Below, piece after piece: positions 1-11,941 of a stretch of DNA of 64,000 bases. Below the pieces are notes generated by a model, which was not told where the DNA came from, ran no database searches, and was given only the letters and a program-made list of their open reading frames with translations. Source of the stretch: Escherichia coli (GTDB lineage: Bacteria > Pseudomonadota > Gammaproteobacteria > Enterobacterales > Enterobacteriaceae); NCBI RefSeq assembly GCF_050920415.1, contig NZ_CP169309.1. The stretch is one strand, 5' to 3'. Each line of letters opens with the position of its first letter. Position 1 is the first letter of the stretch. Both the position numbers and the translations under genes were made by a program.

Positions 1-309
1 GACTTGTGAAGCAGCATTCGCCACTTCCTGAGTACGAATTTCGCCGCTGACATCTTCCCCTTCGAGGATCACTTCCAGATTGCCATTGGTCGACACAAAA
101 CGTACATCCAGATGGGATGCCAGCGGCACGAGCGCATCTTCCGTTGCAACATCAACATGGTGATGTAATGCCGCCAGTGCCAGTACGCGATAAATTGCAC
201 CCGAGTCCAGCAGATGCCATTGCAACGCTTCCGCCATAGCCTTACACAAGGTGCCTTTCCCTGCACCGCTTGGGCCATCAATGGTAATAACCGGGGCAAT
301 TGCCGTCAT
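1..309 (-). CDS. cmk: cytidylate kinase, 5' portion only (gene runs off the window start)
   Basis: Reverse complement of 241-309 translates [23 protein letters not shown] (P-loop); ATG at 307-309; no stop inside the window. Confidence 0.9.
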   Translation of the reverse strand, partial: MTAIAPVITIDGPSGAGKGTLCKAMAEALQWHLLDSGAIYRVLALAALHHHVDVATEDALVPLASHLDVRFVSTNGNLEVILEGEDVSGEIRTQEVANAASQV

Positions 310-481
310 CTTTATCTCCTTAAAACAGGCGTACCGTTAACATAACCGCGCGCATTATACGCGCCGACGCCACAAATCGTTAACGTTGTGTGCAAAAACC
401 AGTTTTGTCTGTATTCAGATGGGGATTTATTGCGCAATTATAGCGGGCTGGCAGAAGACCAGCCCGAAAGATGACAATGAT

Positions 482-1246
482 TTACTTACCAGAGGCGATA
501 CGATCACGGATGTGTTGCGCACGCTCTGTTGATGGTGGATGAGAGTCAAACATGGACTGGGTACGGCCGCCATCCAGGCTGGCCAATTTTTCAAAGCTGC
601 CAACCAGCCCCTGGGTGCTGATGCCACGTTTCTTCAACAGATCAAAGGAGAAATCATCTGCTTCGGACTCTTTATCGCGGGAGTATTTAGCATTGATCGC
701 GCCTTCTGCGATATCACCTAATTGTGAGCGAGAAAGCTGGGAAGCCACACCGCTGGTAGCGGAAATCGCATCACGTGCGGCAACGATCGCATAAGAAGCT
801 TTCATTTCAGCCAGCGAGTGACCCAACGCGACGTGGCCCAGTTCATGACCCAGAACGCCTTCAATTTCGTTGTCGTTCATCATGTCCATCAGGCCACTGT
901 AGACACGAACACAGCCGTTCGCCATCGCCCATGCGTTGACGTCGCTGGTCATATAAACCTTATAGTTGACCGGCGTGCCATTAATATTGTTACCCAATGC
1001 TTTGGCGATTTTTGCCAGACGTTTACCGTACTTGCTGGATTTACTTGCGACTTGATTGCCGCTGTCCATTTCGGCACAGCCCTGATTGGCAATCGCTTTT
1101 GCATCAGCATCGCTTAACGTTGCTGCTTTATAGGCATTTAAACCTGAGCTGATAGCCATATTGGTATCAATACCGTGGGTATTCTGACACCCTGTCAGTA
1201 AAGCTGCAGAGGCCGCAATCGCCAGCAGTAATTTAGTATTCTTCAT
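482..1246 (-). CDS. loiP: periplasmic/outer-membrane metalloprotease LoiP (YcaL), lipoprotein
   Basis: ORF 482..1270; internal ATG at 1244-1246 gives MKNTKLLLAIAASAALLTGC (lipobox); HELGH zinc motif. Confidence 0.88.
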   Translation of the reverse strand: MKNTKLLLAIAASAALLTGCQNTHGIDTNMAISSGLNAYKAATLSDADAKAIANQGCAEMDSGNQVASKSSKYGKRLAKIAKALGNNINGTPVNYKVYMTSDVNAWAMANGCVRVYSGLMDMMNDNEIEGVLGHELGHVALGHSLAEMKASYAIVAARDAISATSGVASQLSRSQLGDIAEGAINAKYSRDKESEADDFSFDLLKKRGISTQGLVGSFEKLASLDGGRTQSMFDSHPPSTERAQHIRDRIASGK

Positions 1247-1414
1247 GTGAATCATCCGTTGATTAATCATATATAAATATTATGTATCAATAACTTACAT
1301 CGACAAACGACGCTACCATTAATCAAAATGACTCACAAGGTCCGAAAAAAAACGCCGGCAATGTGCCGACGTATTGATAAAGAAAGATTTGGCTATTTAT
1401 TGCACGTTGTTCAT

Positions 1415-2698
1415 TCAGGCTGCCTGGCTAATCCGCGCCAGCTGCTCGAAATAATCCGGAAATGTTTTGGCCGTGCATTTGGGATCAAGAATCGTCACTG
1501 GTGTATCTGACAACGCCACCAGCGAGAAACACATCGCCATCCGGTGATCATTGTATGTTGCGATCTCGGCAAAGTTCAGTTTTTCCGGTGGAGTGATACG
1601 AATGTAATCGTGCCCCTCTTCTACTTCCGCGCCGACTTTACGTAGCTCTGTTGCCATCGCAAACAGGCGATCGGTCTCTTTAACACGCCAGTTATAGATA
1701 TTGCGCAGCGTGGTAGTGCCTTTTGCAAATAATGCCGCCGTGGCAATGGTCATCGCCGCATCGGGAATATGGTTCATATCCATATCAATAGCGTTCAGTT
1801 CACCACGCGTGCAGGAAATATAATCATCGCCCCAGCAAATGGTCGCGCCCATTTTTTCCAGCACATCAGCAAAGCGAATATCACCCTGCATACTGTTGCG
1901 TCCAATGCCGGTCACTTTTACAGTGCCGCCTTTGATTGCTGCTGCTGCCAGGAAGTAAGAAGCCGAAGATGCATCGCCTTCGACCAAATAAGTACCCGGA
2001 GACTGATAAGACTGCCCGCCTTTTACGACAAATTGTTGATAGTGCTGATTTTCAATTTCAACACCAAACGTCTTCATCAGATTGAGTGTGATGTCGATAT
2101 AAGGTTTAGAGACCAGATCGCCTTTAATACGAATCACCGTATCTTCCGGTGCAAGAGGCGCAGTCATTAACAGTGCGGTGAGGAACTGGCTGGAAACGGA
2201 GCCATCAACGTCAACGTTGCCGCCAGTAAAGCCGCCCTGTAAACGCAATGGTGGATAATTTTCTTGTTCCAGGTAAGTGATCTTCGCCCCGCCCAGGCGC
2301 AGCGCATCCACCAGATGACCAATGGGGCGTTCTTTCATACGCGGTTCACCGGTCAGCACAATATCATTGCTACCCAGACAAAGAGCTGCCGCCAGCGGAC
2401 GCATTGCCGTTCCGGCGTTACCGAGGAACAACTCCAGGGCACTTTTTGCGTGTAATGGACCGCCGTTACCGATGATTTCGCAACGCGTACGATCGGCTGA
2501 AAGCGTATAGCTTACCCCTAACGCTGTTAATGCATTCAGCATATGGCGCACGTCATCGCTATCCAGCAGATTGGTTAATACTGTTTTGCCGTGTGCTAAT
2601 GCCGCCAGCAATAAAGCGCGGTTAGAAACGCTCTTGGAACCGGGCAGATTAATGGTGCCATCGACACGAGCGATGGGTTGTAACGTCAGGGATTCCAT
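1415..2698 (-). CDS. aroA: 3-phosphoshikimate 1-carboxyvinyltransferase (EPSP synthase)
   Basis: 427-aa ORF starting [35 protein letters not shown]. Confidence 0.95.
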   Translation of the reverse strand: MESLTLQPIARVDGTINLPGSKSVSNRALLLAALAHGKTVLTNLLDSDDVRHMLNALTALGVSYTLSADRTRCEIIGNGGPLHAKSALELFLGNAGTAMRPLAAALCLGSNDIVLTGEPRMKERPIGHLVDALRLGGAKITYLEQENYPPLRLQGGFTGGNVDVDGSVSSQFLTALLMTAPLAPEDTVIRIKGDLVSKPYIDITLNLMKTFGVEIENQHYQQFVVKGGQSYQSPGTYLVEGDASSASYFLAAAAIKGGTVKVTGIGRNSMQGDIRFADVLEKMGATICWGDDYISCTRGELNAIDMDMNHIPDAAMTIATAALFAKGTTTLRNIYNWRVKETDRLFAMATELRKVGAEVEEGHDYIRITPPEKLNFAEIATYNDHRMAMCFSLVALSDTPVTILDPKCTAKTFPDYFEQLARISQAA

Positions 2699-2768
2699 GA
2701 ACTCAACTCTCTACAACAGAAATAAAAACCCCACAGGCTGGCTGTGGGGATTAAGCAAAATTTCGGCA

Positions 2769-3857
2769 TTAGCCGTGACGGCGTTCGAACTCAATCATGA
2801 AGTCTGTCAGCGCTTTAACGCCTTCCAGAGGCATTGCGTTATAAATTGACGCACGCATACCGCCGACCACACGATGCCCTTTCAGGGCATGCAGCCCCGC
2901 AGCAAAAGACTCTTCAAGGAACAATTTGTCAAGCGCACTGTCCGCCAACTGGAACGGCACGTTCATCCGCGAACGGTTAGCTTTCGCCACGTCATTGCGG
3001 TAGAAATCGCTGTTATCAATCACCCCATACAGCAGTTCTGCTTTTTGCTGATTGATTTTATCCATTGCAGCCACGCCGCCGTTCGCTTTCAGCCATTTGA
3101 ATACCAGACCGGACAGGTACCAGGCAAATGTCGGCGGCGTGTTAAACATTGAGTCGTTATCGTTAAGGATGGAATAATCCAGAATCGACGGACAAGCGAT
3201 ATTCGCTTTACCCAGTAAGTCTTCACGAACGATGACGATTGTCAGGCCCGCCGGGCCGATATTTTTCTGTGCGCCAGCATAAATCACACCGTAACGACTG
3301 ACGTCAATTGGACGGGAAAGAATCGTTGAAGAGAAGTCGGCTGCAACCACCACTTCTTTACCAAAGTCTGGCGTTTCGTCGATGGCGATACCATCGATGG
3401 TCTCATTTGGGCAGTAATGCATATAAGCGGCATTATCAGAGAGCTGCCATTCACGCATTGGCTTAACCGCACGAAGACCATCAACAGTCACTTTGGCGTC
3501 AAAGACATTTGGCTTGCAGTATTTTTTCGCTTCTTTAATGGCACTTGCCGCCCAGTAACCGGCATCAACATAATCTGCAGTGGTTTTATCACCAAGAATA
3601 TTCAGCGGAACAGCAGCAAACTGACCGCGACCACCGCCGTGGCAGAACAATACTTTATAGTTGGAGGGGATATTAAGAAGATCGCGAAAATCCTTCTCGG
3701 CTTCCTCTGCAACCTGAATGAACTCTTTACCACGGTGGCTCACTTCCATCACCGACGTACCAAGACCGTTCCAGTCGCGCAGTTCCTGTTGAGCCTGTTT
3801 AAGCACCTCTGCCGGTAGCATTGCCGGACCAGAACTAAAATTGAAGATTTGAGCCAT
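2769..3857 (-). CDS. serC: phosphoserine aminotransferase
   Basis: 362-aa ORF starting [15 protein letters not shown]; immediately upstream of aroA (serC-aroA operon arrangement). Confidence 0.95.
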   Translation of the reverse strand: MAQIFNFSSGPAMLPAEVLKQAQQELRDWNGLGTSVMEVSHRGKEFIQVAEEAEKDFRDLLNIPSNYKVLFCHGGGRGQFAAVPLNILGDKTTADYVDAGYWAASAIKEAKKYCKPNVFDAKVTVDGLRAVKPMREWQLSDNAAYMHYCPNETIDGIAIDETPDFGKEVVVAADFSSTILSRPIDVSRYGVIYAGAQKNIGPAGLTIVIVREDLLGKANIACPSILDYSILNDNDSMFNTPPTFAWYLSGLVFKWLKANGGVAAMDKINQQKAELLYGVIDNSDFYRNDVAKANRSRMNVPFQLADSALDKLFLEESFAAGLHALKGHRVVGGMRASIYNAMPLEGVKALTDFMIEFERRHG

Positions 3858-4055
3858 TTCCCCTCACCACGTTGCGTTGCCATTAACCCACGGACAATCG
3901 ATTGCGACCGCGGGTAATACATTATTCCTGTGGCTATCGGTTTTATCATTCAGTGGCGCGCATCGCAATGGGTAAAACAGTCGAGGGCAAAAATGCGGCA
4001 CGCGTCACACAATAGAATCTCTCGGATTATTGTCCAAAAACCGATTTTTTTGCTG

Positions 4056-4748
4056 TCAGGTCACCCGTTTAGCCCGACTTGCCTTCGTCCATTCTGGATT
4101 TGCACAGCGCGGACATAATTGTTTTTCCCCTGCGTTCATATGAATGATCTCACTGCAACGGATGCAAGCATAGTCCGCCGACTCAGGCACCACTTTGTAA
4201 CGCTGAGTACAGTCACTGGGTAAAATAAGTAATCCCGGTTTGACCTTGTCATCTTCAAAGAAATAGACACTGATTTGCCCGTTGGTTTCGAGAATCGCCA
4301 GACGTACCTGCCCCAACTGCTCCACTCCACGCAGTCGCAGCTCCATAAAGAACTCAAATTCCGTCATGTTGGAGTTATTAAGTTTCGACCAGGCCAGCTC
4401 ACCATCCTCAATAATGACAACCGGCTTGCCTTCCAGAAGATCCTCCAGTTTTTCACTGTGCGCCATCAACCACATTACCAGACGGTATAACAACGCCAGA
4501 GTAATAAAGACGATAAGCACCGGAACCATCGGCACATCATCATAAAACGCCACATCCCCCGCCGCTGACCCCAGCGTCAGAATGATTAACACTTCAAAAA
4601 GCGACATCTGCCGCACACCGCGTCTTCCGGTCATTTTGAGGAACAAAAAAACCAGTACAAAGGTATAAAGACTACGTAGTGCAACTTCGCCAAGGAAATC
4701 AAAAGGCACTTTATCAAGTGCCATACGGTGGAGATCGAACGCCTTCAT
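4056..4748 (-). CDS. ycaP: DUF421-family inner membrane protein YcaP
   Basis: 230-aa ORF in the conserved position between serC and ycaO; hydrophobic N-terminal half. Confidence 0.8.
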   Translation of the reverse strand: MKAFDLHRMALDKVPFDFLGEVALRSLYTFVLVFLFLKMTGRRGVRQMSLFEVLIILTLGSAAGDVAFYDDVPMVPVLIVFITLALLYRLVMWLMAHSEKLEDLLEGKPVVIIEDGELAWSKLNNSNMTEFEFFMELRLRGVEQLGQVRLAILETNGQISVYFFEDDKVKPGLLILPSDCTQRYKVVPESADYACIRCSEIIHMNAGEKQLCPRCANPEWTKASRAKRVT

Positions 4749-4877
4749 TTTTATGCTCTTATCGTGGTTTATCCACTAAAAGCATAGTCAACAGTTCATC
4801 GGCATGGCGGCGGTGATAGCGCCTTTGAGATAAAACCCGTATTATTGCGCGCTTTCCGTACGACTAAAGTGATTTTC

Positions 4878-6638
4878 ATGACGCAAACATTTATCCCCGG
4901 CAAAGATGCCGCTCTGGAAGATTCCATCGCTCGCTTCCAGCAAAAACTTTCAGACCTCGGTTTTCAGATTGAAGAGGCCTCCTGGCTGAATCCCGTGCCT
5001 AACGTCTGGTCTGTACATATTCGCGACAAAGAGTGCGCACTGTGTTTTACCAACGGTAAAGGCGCAACCAAAAAAGCGGCGCTGGCTTCTGCACTCGGTG
5101 AATATTTCGAGCGTCTGTCTACCAACTACTTTTTTGCTGACTTCTGGCTGGGCGAAACCATCGCCAACGGTCCATTCGTGCATTATCCCAACGAAAAATG
5201 GTTCCCACTGACCGAAAACGACGATGTACCAGAAGGGCTGCTCGATGACCGTCTGCGCGCATTTTACGATCCGGAGAATGAACTGACCGGCAGCATGCTG
5301 ATTGACCTACAATCTGGTAACGAAGATCGTGGTATTTGCGGTCTGCCGTTTACGCGCCAGTCCGACAATCAGATCGTTTATATTCCGATGAATATCATTG
5401 GTAACCTGTACGTTTCTAACGGTATGTCCGCTGGCAATACCCGAAACGAAGCACGCGTCCAGGGGTTGTCCGAAGTTTTCGAACGCTACGTGAAAAACCG
5501 GATTATTGCTGAAAGCATCAGCCTGCCAGAGATCCCGGCAGACGTGCTGGCGCGTTATCCAGCGGTGGTTGAAGCGATCGAAACACTGGAAGCGGAAGGT
5601 TTCCCGATCTTCGCTTATGATGCCTCGCTTGGCGGTCAATATCCGGTGATCTGCGTGGTACTGTTCAATCCAGCTAACGGTACCTGCTTTGCATCCTTCG
5701 GTGCACATCCTGATTTTGGCGTTGCACTGGAACGTACCGTGACCGAGTTGCTGCAAGGCCGCGGTCTGAAAGATTTGGATGTGTTTACTCCGCCAACCTT
5801 CGATGATGAAGAAGTCGCTGAACATACTAACCTCGAAACGCACTTTATCGATTCCAGCGGTTTAATCTCCTGGGACCTATTCAAGCAGGATGCTGATTAT
5901 CCGTTTGTGGACTGGAGCTTCTCAGGCACCACGGAAGAAGAGTTTGCTACGCTGATGGCTATCTTCAACAAAGAAGATAAAGAAGTTTATATTGCCGATT
6001 ACGAGCATCTGGGCGTTTATGCTTGCCGCATTATCGTGCCTGGCATGTCCGATATTTATCCGGCAGAAGATCTGTGGCTGGCGAATAACAGCATGGGCAG
6101 CCATTTACGTGAAACGATTCTTTCACTCCCAGGCAGCGAGTGGGAAAAAGAAGATTACCTGAACCTCATCGAGCAACTGGATGAAGAAGGTTTTGATGAC
6201 TTTACTCGCGTGCGTGAGCTGTTGGGTCTGGCGACCGGGTCGGATAACGGTTGGTACACCCTGCGTATCGGAGAATTAAAAGCCATGCTGGCGCTGGCTG
6301 GTGGCGATCTGGAACAGGCTCTGGTCTGGACCGAATGGACGATGGAGTTTAACTCATCAGTATTTAATCCGGAACGCGCCAACTATTATCGCTGTCTGCA
6401 AACGTTGTTATTACTGGCACAGGAAGAAGACCGCCAACCACTGCAATATCTGAATGCCTTCGTTCGTATGTATGGCGCAGATGCCGTAGAAGCCGCCAGT
6501 GCGGCAATGAGCGGTGAATCGGCGTTTTATGGCTTGCAACCCGTAGATAGCGATCTGCACGCGTTTGCTGCACATCAGTCGTTGTTGAAGGCCTACGAAA
6601 AGCTGCAGCGCGCCAAAGCAGCATTCTGGGCAAAATAA
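4878..6638 (+). CDS. ycaO: YcaO-family ATP-dependent protein (ribosomal protein S12 methylthiolation accessory factor)
   Basis: ORF 4845..6638; ATG at 4878 gives MTQTFIPGKDAALEDSIARFQQKL; position upstream of focA. Confidence 0.9.
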   Translation: MTQTFIPGKDAALEDSIARFQQKLSDLGFQIEEASWLNPVPNVWSVHIRDKECALCFTNGKGATKKAALASALGEYFERLSTNYFFADFWLGETIANGPFVHYPNEKWFPLTENDDVPEGLLDDRLRAFYDPENELTGSMLIDLQSGNEDRGICGLPFTRQSDNQIVYIPMNIIGNLYVSNGMSAGNTRNEARVQGLSEVFERYVKNRIIAESISLPEIPADVLARYPAVVEAIETLEAEGFPIFAYDASLGGQYPVICVVLFNPANGTCFASFGAHPDFGVALERTVTELLQGRGLKDLDVFTPPTFDDEEVAEHTNLETHFIDSSGLISWDLFKQDADYPFVDWSFSGTTEEEFATLMAIFNKEDKEVYIADYEHLGVYACRIIVPGMSDIYPAEDLWLANNSMGSHLRETILSLPGSEWEKEDYLNLIEQLDEEGFDDFTRVRELLGLATGSDNGWYTLRIGELKAMLALAGGDLEQALVWTEWTMEFNSSVFNPERANYYRCLQTLLLLAQEEDRQPLQYLNAFVRMYGADAVEAASAAMSGESAFYGLQPVDSDLHAFAAHQSLLKAYEKLQRAKAAFWAK

Positions 6639-6969
6639 AATCAAATAGCCTACGCAATGTAGGCTTAATGATTCGTCTGAGTTATATTACGGGGCGTTTT
6701 TTTAATGCCCCGCTTTACATATATTTGCATTAATAAAATAATTGTAATTATAAAGTTAAATATCGGTAATTTGTATTTAATAAATACGATCGATATTGTT
6801 ACTTTATTCGCCTGGTGCTCCCTTTTAATTAACTGTTTTAGCGGAGGATGCGGAAAAAATTCAACTCATTTGTTAATTTTTAAAATTTATTTTTATTTGG
6901 ATAATCAAATATTTACTCCGTATTTGCATAAAAACCATGCGAGTTACGGGCCTATAAGCCAGGCGAGAT

Positions 6970-6984
6970 ATGATCTATATCAAT
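6970..6984 (+). promoter_or_regulatory. candidate FNR box (aTGATctatATCAA) with a TATAAT -10 hexamer at 6993-6998, focA-pflB promoter region
   Basis: Near-match to TTGAT-N4-ATCAA in the AT-rich region upstream of focA; the focA-pflB operon is a known FNR/ArcA/IHF-controlled multi-promoter region. Confidence 0.45.
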
Positions 6985-7043
6985 TTCTCATCTATAATGC
7001 TTTGTTAGTATCTCGTCGCCGACTTAATAAAGAGAGAGTTAGT

Positions 7044-7901
7044 GTGAAAGCTGACAACCCTTTTGATCTTTTACTTCCTGCAGCAATGGCCAAAGTGGCC
7101 GAAGAGGCAGGTGTCTATAAAGCAACGAAACATCCGCTTAAGACTTTCTATCTGGCGATTACCGCCGGTGTTTTCATCTCAATCGCATTCGTCTTCTATA
7201 TCACAGCAACCACTGGCACAGGAACAATGCCCTTCGGCATGGCAAAACTGGTTGGCGGCATTTGCTTCTCTCTGGGGCTGATTCTTTGTGTTGTCTGCGG
7301 AGCCGATCTCTTTACTTCCACAGTGTTGATTGTTGTTGCTAAGGCGAGTGGGCGCATCACCTGGGGTCAGTTGGCGAAAAACTGGCTAAATGTCTATTTT
7401 GGCAACCTGGTCGGCGCACTGCTGTTTGTACTTTTAATGTGGCTTTCCGGCGAGTATATGACCGCGAATGGTCAATGGGGACTAAACGTCCTACAAACCG
7501 CCGACCACAAAGTGCACCATACTTTTATTGAGGCCGTCTGTCTTGGTATCCTGGCAAACCTGATGGTATGTCTGGCAGTATGGATGAGTTATTCTGGCCG
7601 CAGCCTGATGGATAAAGCGTTCATTATGGTGCTGCCGGTCGCGATGTTTGTTGCCAGCGGTTTTGAGCACAGTATCGCAAACATGTTTATGATCCCGATG
7701 GGTATTGTAATCCGCGACTTCGCATCTCCGGAATTCTGGACCGCTGTCGGTTCTGCACCGGAAAATTTTTCTCACCTGACCGTGATGAACTTCATCACTG
7801 ATAACCTGATTCCGGTTACGATCGGTAATATTATCGGCGGTGGTTTGTTGGTTGGGTTGACATACTGGGTCATTTACCTGCGTGAAAACGATCACCATTA
7901 A
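7044..7901 (+). CDS. focA: formate channel FocA
   Basis: GTG start at 7044 gives MKADNPFDLLLPAAMAKVAEEAG; the track ORF 6705..7901 is an upstream read-through of the AT-rich leader. Confidence 0.9.
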   Translation: MKADNPFDLLLPAAMAKVAEEAGVYKATKHPLKTFYLAITAGVFISIAFVFYITATTGTGTMPFGMAKLVGGICFSLGLILCVVCGADLFTSTVLIVVAKASGRITWGQLAKNWLNVYFGNLVGALLFVLLMWLSGEYMTANGQWGLNVLQTADHKVHHTFIEAVCLGILANLMVCLAVWMSYSGRSLMDKAFIMVLPVAMFVASGFEHSIANMFMIPMGIVIRDFASPEFWTAVGSAPENFSHLTVMNFITDNLIPVTIGNIIGGGLLVGLTYWVIYLRENDHH

Positions 7902-7955
7902 TGGTTGTCGAAGTACGCAGTAAATAAAAAATCCACTTAAGAAGGTAGGTGTTAC

Positions 7956-10238
7956 ATGTCCGAGCTTAATGAAAAGTTAGCCACAGCCTGGGAAGGTTTT
8001 ACCAAAGGTGACTGGCAGAATGAAGTAAACGTCCGTGACTTCATTCAGAAAAACTACACTCCGTACGAGGGTGACGAGTCCTTCCTGGCTGGCGCTACTG
8101 AAGCGACCACCACCCTGTGGGACAAAGTAATGGAAGGCGTTAAACTGGAAAACCGCACTCACGCGCCAGTTGACTTTGACACCGCTGTTGCTTCCACCAT
8201 CACCTCTCACGACGCTGGCTACATCAACAAAGCGTTGGAAAAAGTTGTTGGTCTGCAGACTGAAGCTCCGCTGAAACGTGCTCTTATCCCGTTCGGTGGT
8301 ATCAAAATGATCGAAGGTTCCTGCAAAGCGTACAACCGCGAACTGGACCCGATGATCAAAAAAATCTTCACTGAATACCGTAAAACTCACAACCAGGGCG
8401 TGTTCGACGTTTACACTCCGGACATCCTGCGTTGCCGTAAATCCGGTGTTCTGACCGGTCTGCCAGATGCTTATGGCCGTGGTCGTATCATCGGTGACTA
8501 CCGTCGCGTTGCGCTGTACGGTATCGACTACCTGATGAAAGACAAATACGCTCAGTTCACCTCTCTGCAGGCTGATCTGGAAAACGGCGTAAACCTGGAA
8601 CAGACTATCCGTCTGCGCGAAGAAATCGCTGAACAGCACCGCGCTCTGGGTCAGATGAAAGAAATGGCTGCGAAATACGGCTACGACATCTCTGGTCCGG
8701 CTACCAACGCTCAGGAAGCTATCCAGTGGACTTACTTCGGCTACCTGGCTGCTGTTAAGTCTCAGAACGGTGCTGCAATGTCCTTCGGTCGTACCTCCAC
8801 CTTCCTGGATGTGTACATCGAACGTGACCTGAAAGCTGGCAAGATCACCGAACAAGAAGCGCAGGAAATGGTTGACCACCTGGTCATGAAACTGCGTATG
8901 GTTCGCTTCCTGCGTACTCCGGAATACGATGAACTGTTCTCTGGCGACCCGATCTGGGCAACCGAATCTATCGGTGGTATGGGCCTCGACGGTCGTACCC
9001 TGGTTACCAAAAACAGCTTCCGTTTCCTGAACACCCTGTACACCATGGGTCCGTCTCCGGAACCGAACATGACCATTCTGTGGTCTGAAAAACTGCCGCT
9101 GAACTTCAAGAAATTCGCTGCTAAAGTGTCCATCGACACCTCTTCTCTGCAGTATGAGAACGATGACCTGATGCGTCCGGACTTCAACAACGATGACTAC
9201 GCTATCGCTTGCTGCGTAAGCCCGATGATCGTTGGTAAACAAATGCAGTTCTTCGGTGCGCGTGCAAACCTGGCGAAAACCATGCTGTACGCAATCAACG
9301 GCGGCGTTGACGAAAAACTGAAAATGCAGGTTGGTCCGAAATCTGAACCGATCAAAGGCGACGTCCTGAACTACGATGAAGTGATGGAGCGCATGGATCA
9401 CTTCATGGACTGGCTGGCTAAACAGTACATCACTGCACTGAACATCATCCACTACATGCACGACAAGTACAGCTACGAAGCCTCTCTAATGGCGCTGCAC
9501 GACCGTGACGTTATCCGCACCATGGCATGTGGTATTGCTGGTCTGTCCGTTGCTGCTGACTCCCTGTCTGCAATCAAATATGCGAAAGTTAAACCGATTC
9601 GTGACGAAGACGGTCTGGCTATCGACTTCGAAATCGAAGGCGAATACCCGCAGTTTGGTAACAACGACCCGCGTGTAGATGACCTGGCGGTTGACCTGGT
9701 AGAACGTTTCATGAAGAAAATTCAGAAACTGCACACCTACCGTGACGCAATCCCGACTCAGTCTGTTCTGACCATCACTTCTAACGTTGTGTATGGTAAG
9801 AAAACTGGTAACACCCCAGACGGTCGTCGTGCTGGCGCGCCGTTCGGACCGGGTGCTAACCCGATGCACGGTCGTGACCAGAAAGGTGCTGTAGCATCTC
9901 TGACTTCCGTTGCTAAACTGCCGTTTGCTTACGCTAAAGATGGTATCTCCTACACCTTCTCTATCGTTCCGAACGCACTGGGTAAAGACGACGAAGTTCG
10001 TAAGACCAACCTGGCTGGTCTGATGGATGGTTACTTCCACCACGAAGCATCCATCGAAGGTGGTCAGCACCTGAACGTTAACGTGATGAACCGTGAAATG
10101 CTGCTCGACGCGATGGAAAACCCGGAAAAATATCCGCAGCTGACCATCCGTGTATCTGGCTACGCAGTACGTTTCAACTCGCTGACTAAAGAACAGCAGC
10201 AGGACGTTATTACTCGTACCTTCACTCAATCTATGTAA
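7956..10238 (+). CDS. pflB: pyruvate formate-lyase (formate C-acetyltransferase 1)
   Basis: 760-aa ORF starting [15 protein letters not shown]; C-terminal glycyl-radical motif RVSGYAVRF. Confidence 0.97.
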   Translation: MSELNEKLATAWEGFTKGDWQNEVNVRDFIQKNYTPYEGDESFLAGATEATTTLWDKVMEGVKLENRTHAPVDFDTAVASTITSHDAGYINKALEKVVGLQTEAPLKRALIPFGGIKMIEGSCKAYNRELDPMIKKIFTEYRKTHNQGVFDVYTPDILRCRKSGVLTGLPDAYGRGRIIGDYRRVALYGIDYLMKDKYAQFTSLQADLENGVNLEQTIRLREEIAEQHRALGQMKEMAAKYGYDISGPATNAQEAIQWTYFGYLAAVKSQNGAAMSFGRTSTFLDVYIERDLKAGKITEQEAQEMVDHLVMKLRMVRFLRTPEYDELFSGDPIWATESIGGMGLDGRTLVTKNSFRFLNTLYTMGPSPEPNMTILWSEKLPLNFKKFAAKVSIDTSSLQYENDDLMRPDFNNDDYAIACCVSPMIVGKQMQFFGARANLAKTMLYAINGGVDEKLKMQVGPKSEPIKGDVLNYDEVMERMDHFMDWLAKQYITALNIIHYMHDKYSYEASLMALHDRDVIRTMACGIAGLSVAADSLSAIKYAKVKPIRDEDGLAIDFEIEGEYPQFGNNDPRVDDLAVDLVERFMKKIQKLHTYRDAIPTQSVLTITSNVVYGKKTGNTPDGRRAGAPFGPGANPMHGRDQKGAVASLTSVAKLPFAYAKDGISYTFSIVPNALGKDDEVRKTNLAGLMDGYFHHEASIEGGQHLNVNVMNREMLLDAMENPEKYPQLTIRVSGYAVRFNSLTKEQQQDVITRTFTQSM

Positions 10239-10278
10239 TTAGTTTTGACTGAAATCGTACAGTAAAAAGCGTACAATA

Positions 10279-10306
10279 AAGGCTCCACGAAAGTGGGGCC
10301 TTTTTT
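10279..10306 (+). terminator. rho-independent terminator downstream of pflB
   Basis: GC hairpin ggctccac-gaaa-gtggggcc followed by a T-run. Confidence 0.6.
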
Positions 10307-10429
10307 AGCACGAGAGCCTTTTTTGTCAGCTATCTATACTTTAAGGTGACTGCCAAAACAGACTCGACGTAGCCTTCGAGCTGCGCACCAACACGGCCTC
10401 AGATGGGCCACATCTGGAGAAACACCGCA

Positions 10430-11170
10430 ATGTCAGTTATTGGTCGCATTCACTCCTTTGAATCCTGTGGAACCGTAGACGGCCCGGGTATTCGCTTTAT
10501 CACCTTTTTCCAGGGCTGCCTGATGCGCTGCCTGTATTGTCATAACCGCGACACCTGGGACACGCATGGCGGTAAAGAAGTTACCGTTGAAGATTTGATG
10601 AAGGAAGTGGTGACCTATCGCCACTTTATGAACGCTTCCGGCGGCGGCGTTACCGCATCCGGCGGTGAAGCAATCCTGCAAGCTGAGTTTGTTCGTGACT
10701 GGTTCCGCGCCTGCAAAAAAGAAGGCATTCATACCTGTCTGGATACCAACGGTTTTGTTCGTCGTTACGATCCGGTGATTGATGAACTGCTGGAAGTAAC
10801 CGACCTGGTAATGCTCGATCTCAAACAGATGAACGACGAGATCCACCAAAATCTGGTTGGAGTTTCCAACCACCGCACGCTGGAGTTTGCTAAATATCTG
10901 GCGAATAAAAATGTGAAGGTGTGGATCCGCTACGTTGTTGTCCCAGGCTGGTCTGACGATGACGATTCAGCGCATCGCCTCGGTGAATTTACCCGTGATA
11001 TGGGCAACGTTGAGAAAATCGAGCTTCTCCCCTACCACGAGCTGGGCAAACACAAATGGGTGGCGATGGGTGAAGAATACAAACTTGATGGTGTTAAACC
11101 ACCGAAGAAAGAGACCATGGAACGCGTGAAAGGCATTCTTGAGCAGTACGGTCATAAGGTAATGTTCTAA
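10430..11170 (+). CDS. pflA: pyruvate formate-lyase activating enzyme (radical SAM)
   Basis: ATG at 10430 gives [39 protein letters not shown] (CxxxCxxC cluster). Confidence 0.95.
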   Translation: MSVIGRIHSFESCGTVDGPGIRFITFFQGCLMRCLYCHNRDTWDTHGGKEVTVEDLMKEVVTYRHFMNASGGGVTASGGEAILQAEFVRDWFRACKKEGIHTCLDTNGFVRRYDPVIDELLEVTDLVMLDLKQMNDEIHQNLVGVSNHRTLEFAKYLANKNVKVWIRYVVVPGWSDDDDSAHRLGEFTRDMGNVEKIELLPYHELGKHKWVAMGEEYKLDGVKPPKKETMERVKGILEQYGHKVMF

Positions 11171-11251
11171 TTTCCCCGTAAAGCGGCAACTTTATTGAGT
11201 TGCCGCTTTGTTATTCCGCGCTTCATTCTGCTACAGCGTTTTTAACACATC

Positions 11252-11842
11252 TTATAGTGCATCTACCATATCCCGTACCTGAGATAATAACGACTGATAA
11301 TAGCTCGCGTGAAGTTCTTCCCCATCGAATACCACTGTATTACACAAGAAAGTGACATCGGCATCTTCAATACCAAGATAACTGCACATATTTATCAAAT
11401 AATCGCTTATATTTTTTTCCCAGCCTATCTGGACAAATGATTCTTTGTCTCCTCCAACCAGCGCCACCCAACGAACTTTATTGAATGGTAATTTGTGCCC
11501 ATCTCCATAAGCCAGCCCATTATTCCATACTCTGTCAATATATCCTTTTAGCATTGCTGGGAAGCTGTACCACCAGAGAGGAAAAACCACCACTAACGTG
11601 TCATGTTCAAGCAGCTCTGAATAAAGCTGATGAACCTCTGGAGAATAACGTTTATCCATATTCTTCCAGTCTGGTTCATCTTCCGGCGTCATCACCGGGT
11701 TGAAATTACGCCGATATAAATCGAGTTCCGTCACCTGTATTTTCCGCTCCATTGCCCGCTGATGGATCGCATCAGCAATATGTGCGGTCAATGAATCATG
11801 ACGAGGATGGGCCCATACCAAATAAATACGTTCAGACTGCAT
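11252..11842 (-). CDS. ycaK: NAD(P)H dehydrogenase (quinone)-like flavoprotein YcaK
   Basis: 196-aa ORF starting MQSERIYLVWAHPRHDSLTAHIADAI. Confidence 0.85.
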   Translation of the reverse strand: MQSERIYLVWAHPRHDSLTAHIADAIHQRAMERKIQVTELDLYRRNFNPVMTPEDEPDWKNMDKRYSPEVHQLYSELLEHDTLVVVFPLWWYSFPAMLKGYIDRVWNNGLAYGDGHKLPFNKVRWVALVGGDKESFVQIGWEKNISDYLINMCSYLGIEDADVTFLCNTVVFDGEELHASYYQSLLSQVRDMVDAL

Positions 11843-11941
11843 AATTTTACCTCCACGTTAAGTTCTGGAGCGCACTTTACGCAGGCGGCATCATCCTGTA
11901 AACGTGATGATTCAGGATGAGTTAATGAAGGATTTTCACTA

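Noticed and set aside
69-299. 76-aa minus-strand ORF at the window start
   Set aside because: Out of frame with the true cmk reading frame, which reads [19 protein letters not shown] from 309 downward
6705-7043. N-terminal extension of focA suggested by the 398-aa track ORF
   Set aside because: The extension translates the AT-rich promoter region; the recognisable FocA sequence begins at the GTG at 7044
7977-9461. 494-aa ORF antisense to pflB (also 8762..9190 and 9486..10229)
   Set aside because: It lies entirely inside the strongly codon-biased pflB gene on the opposite strand; long antisense ORFs are a known by-product of codon bias in highly expressed genes, and the product is low-complexity and His/Val/Phe-rich
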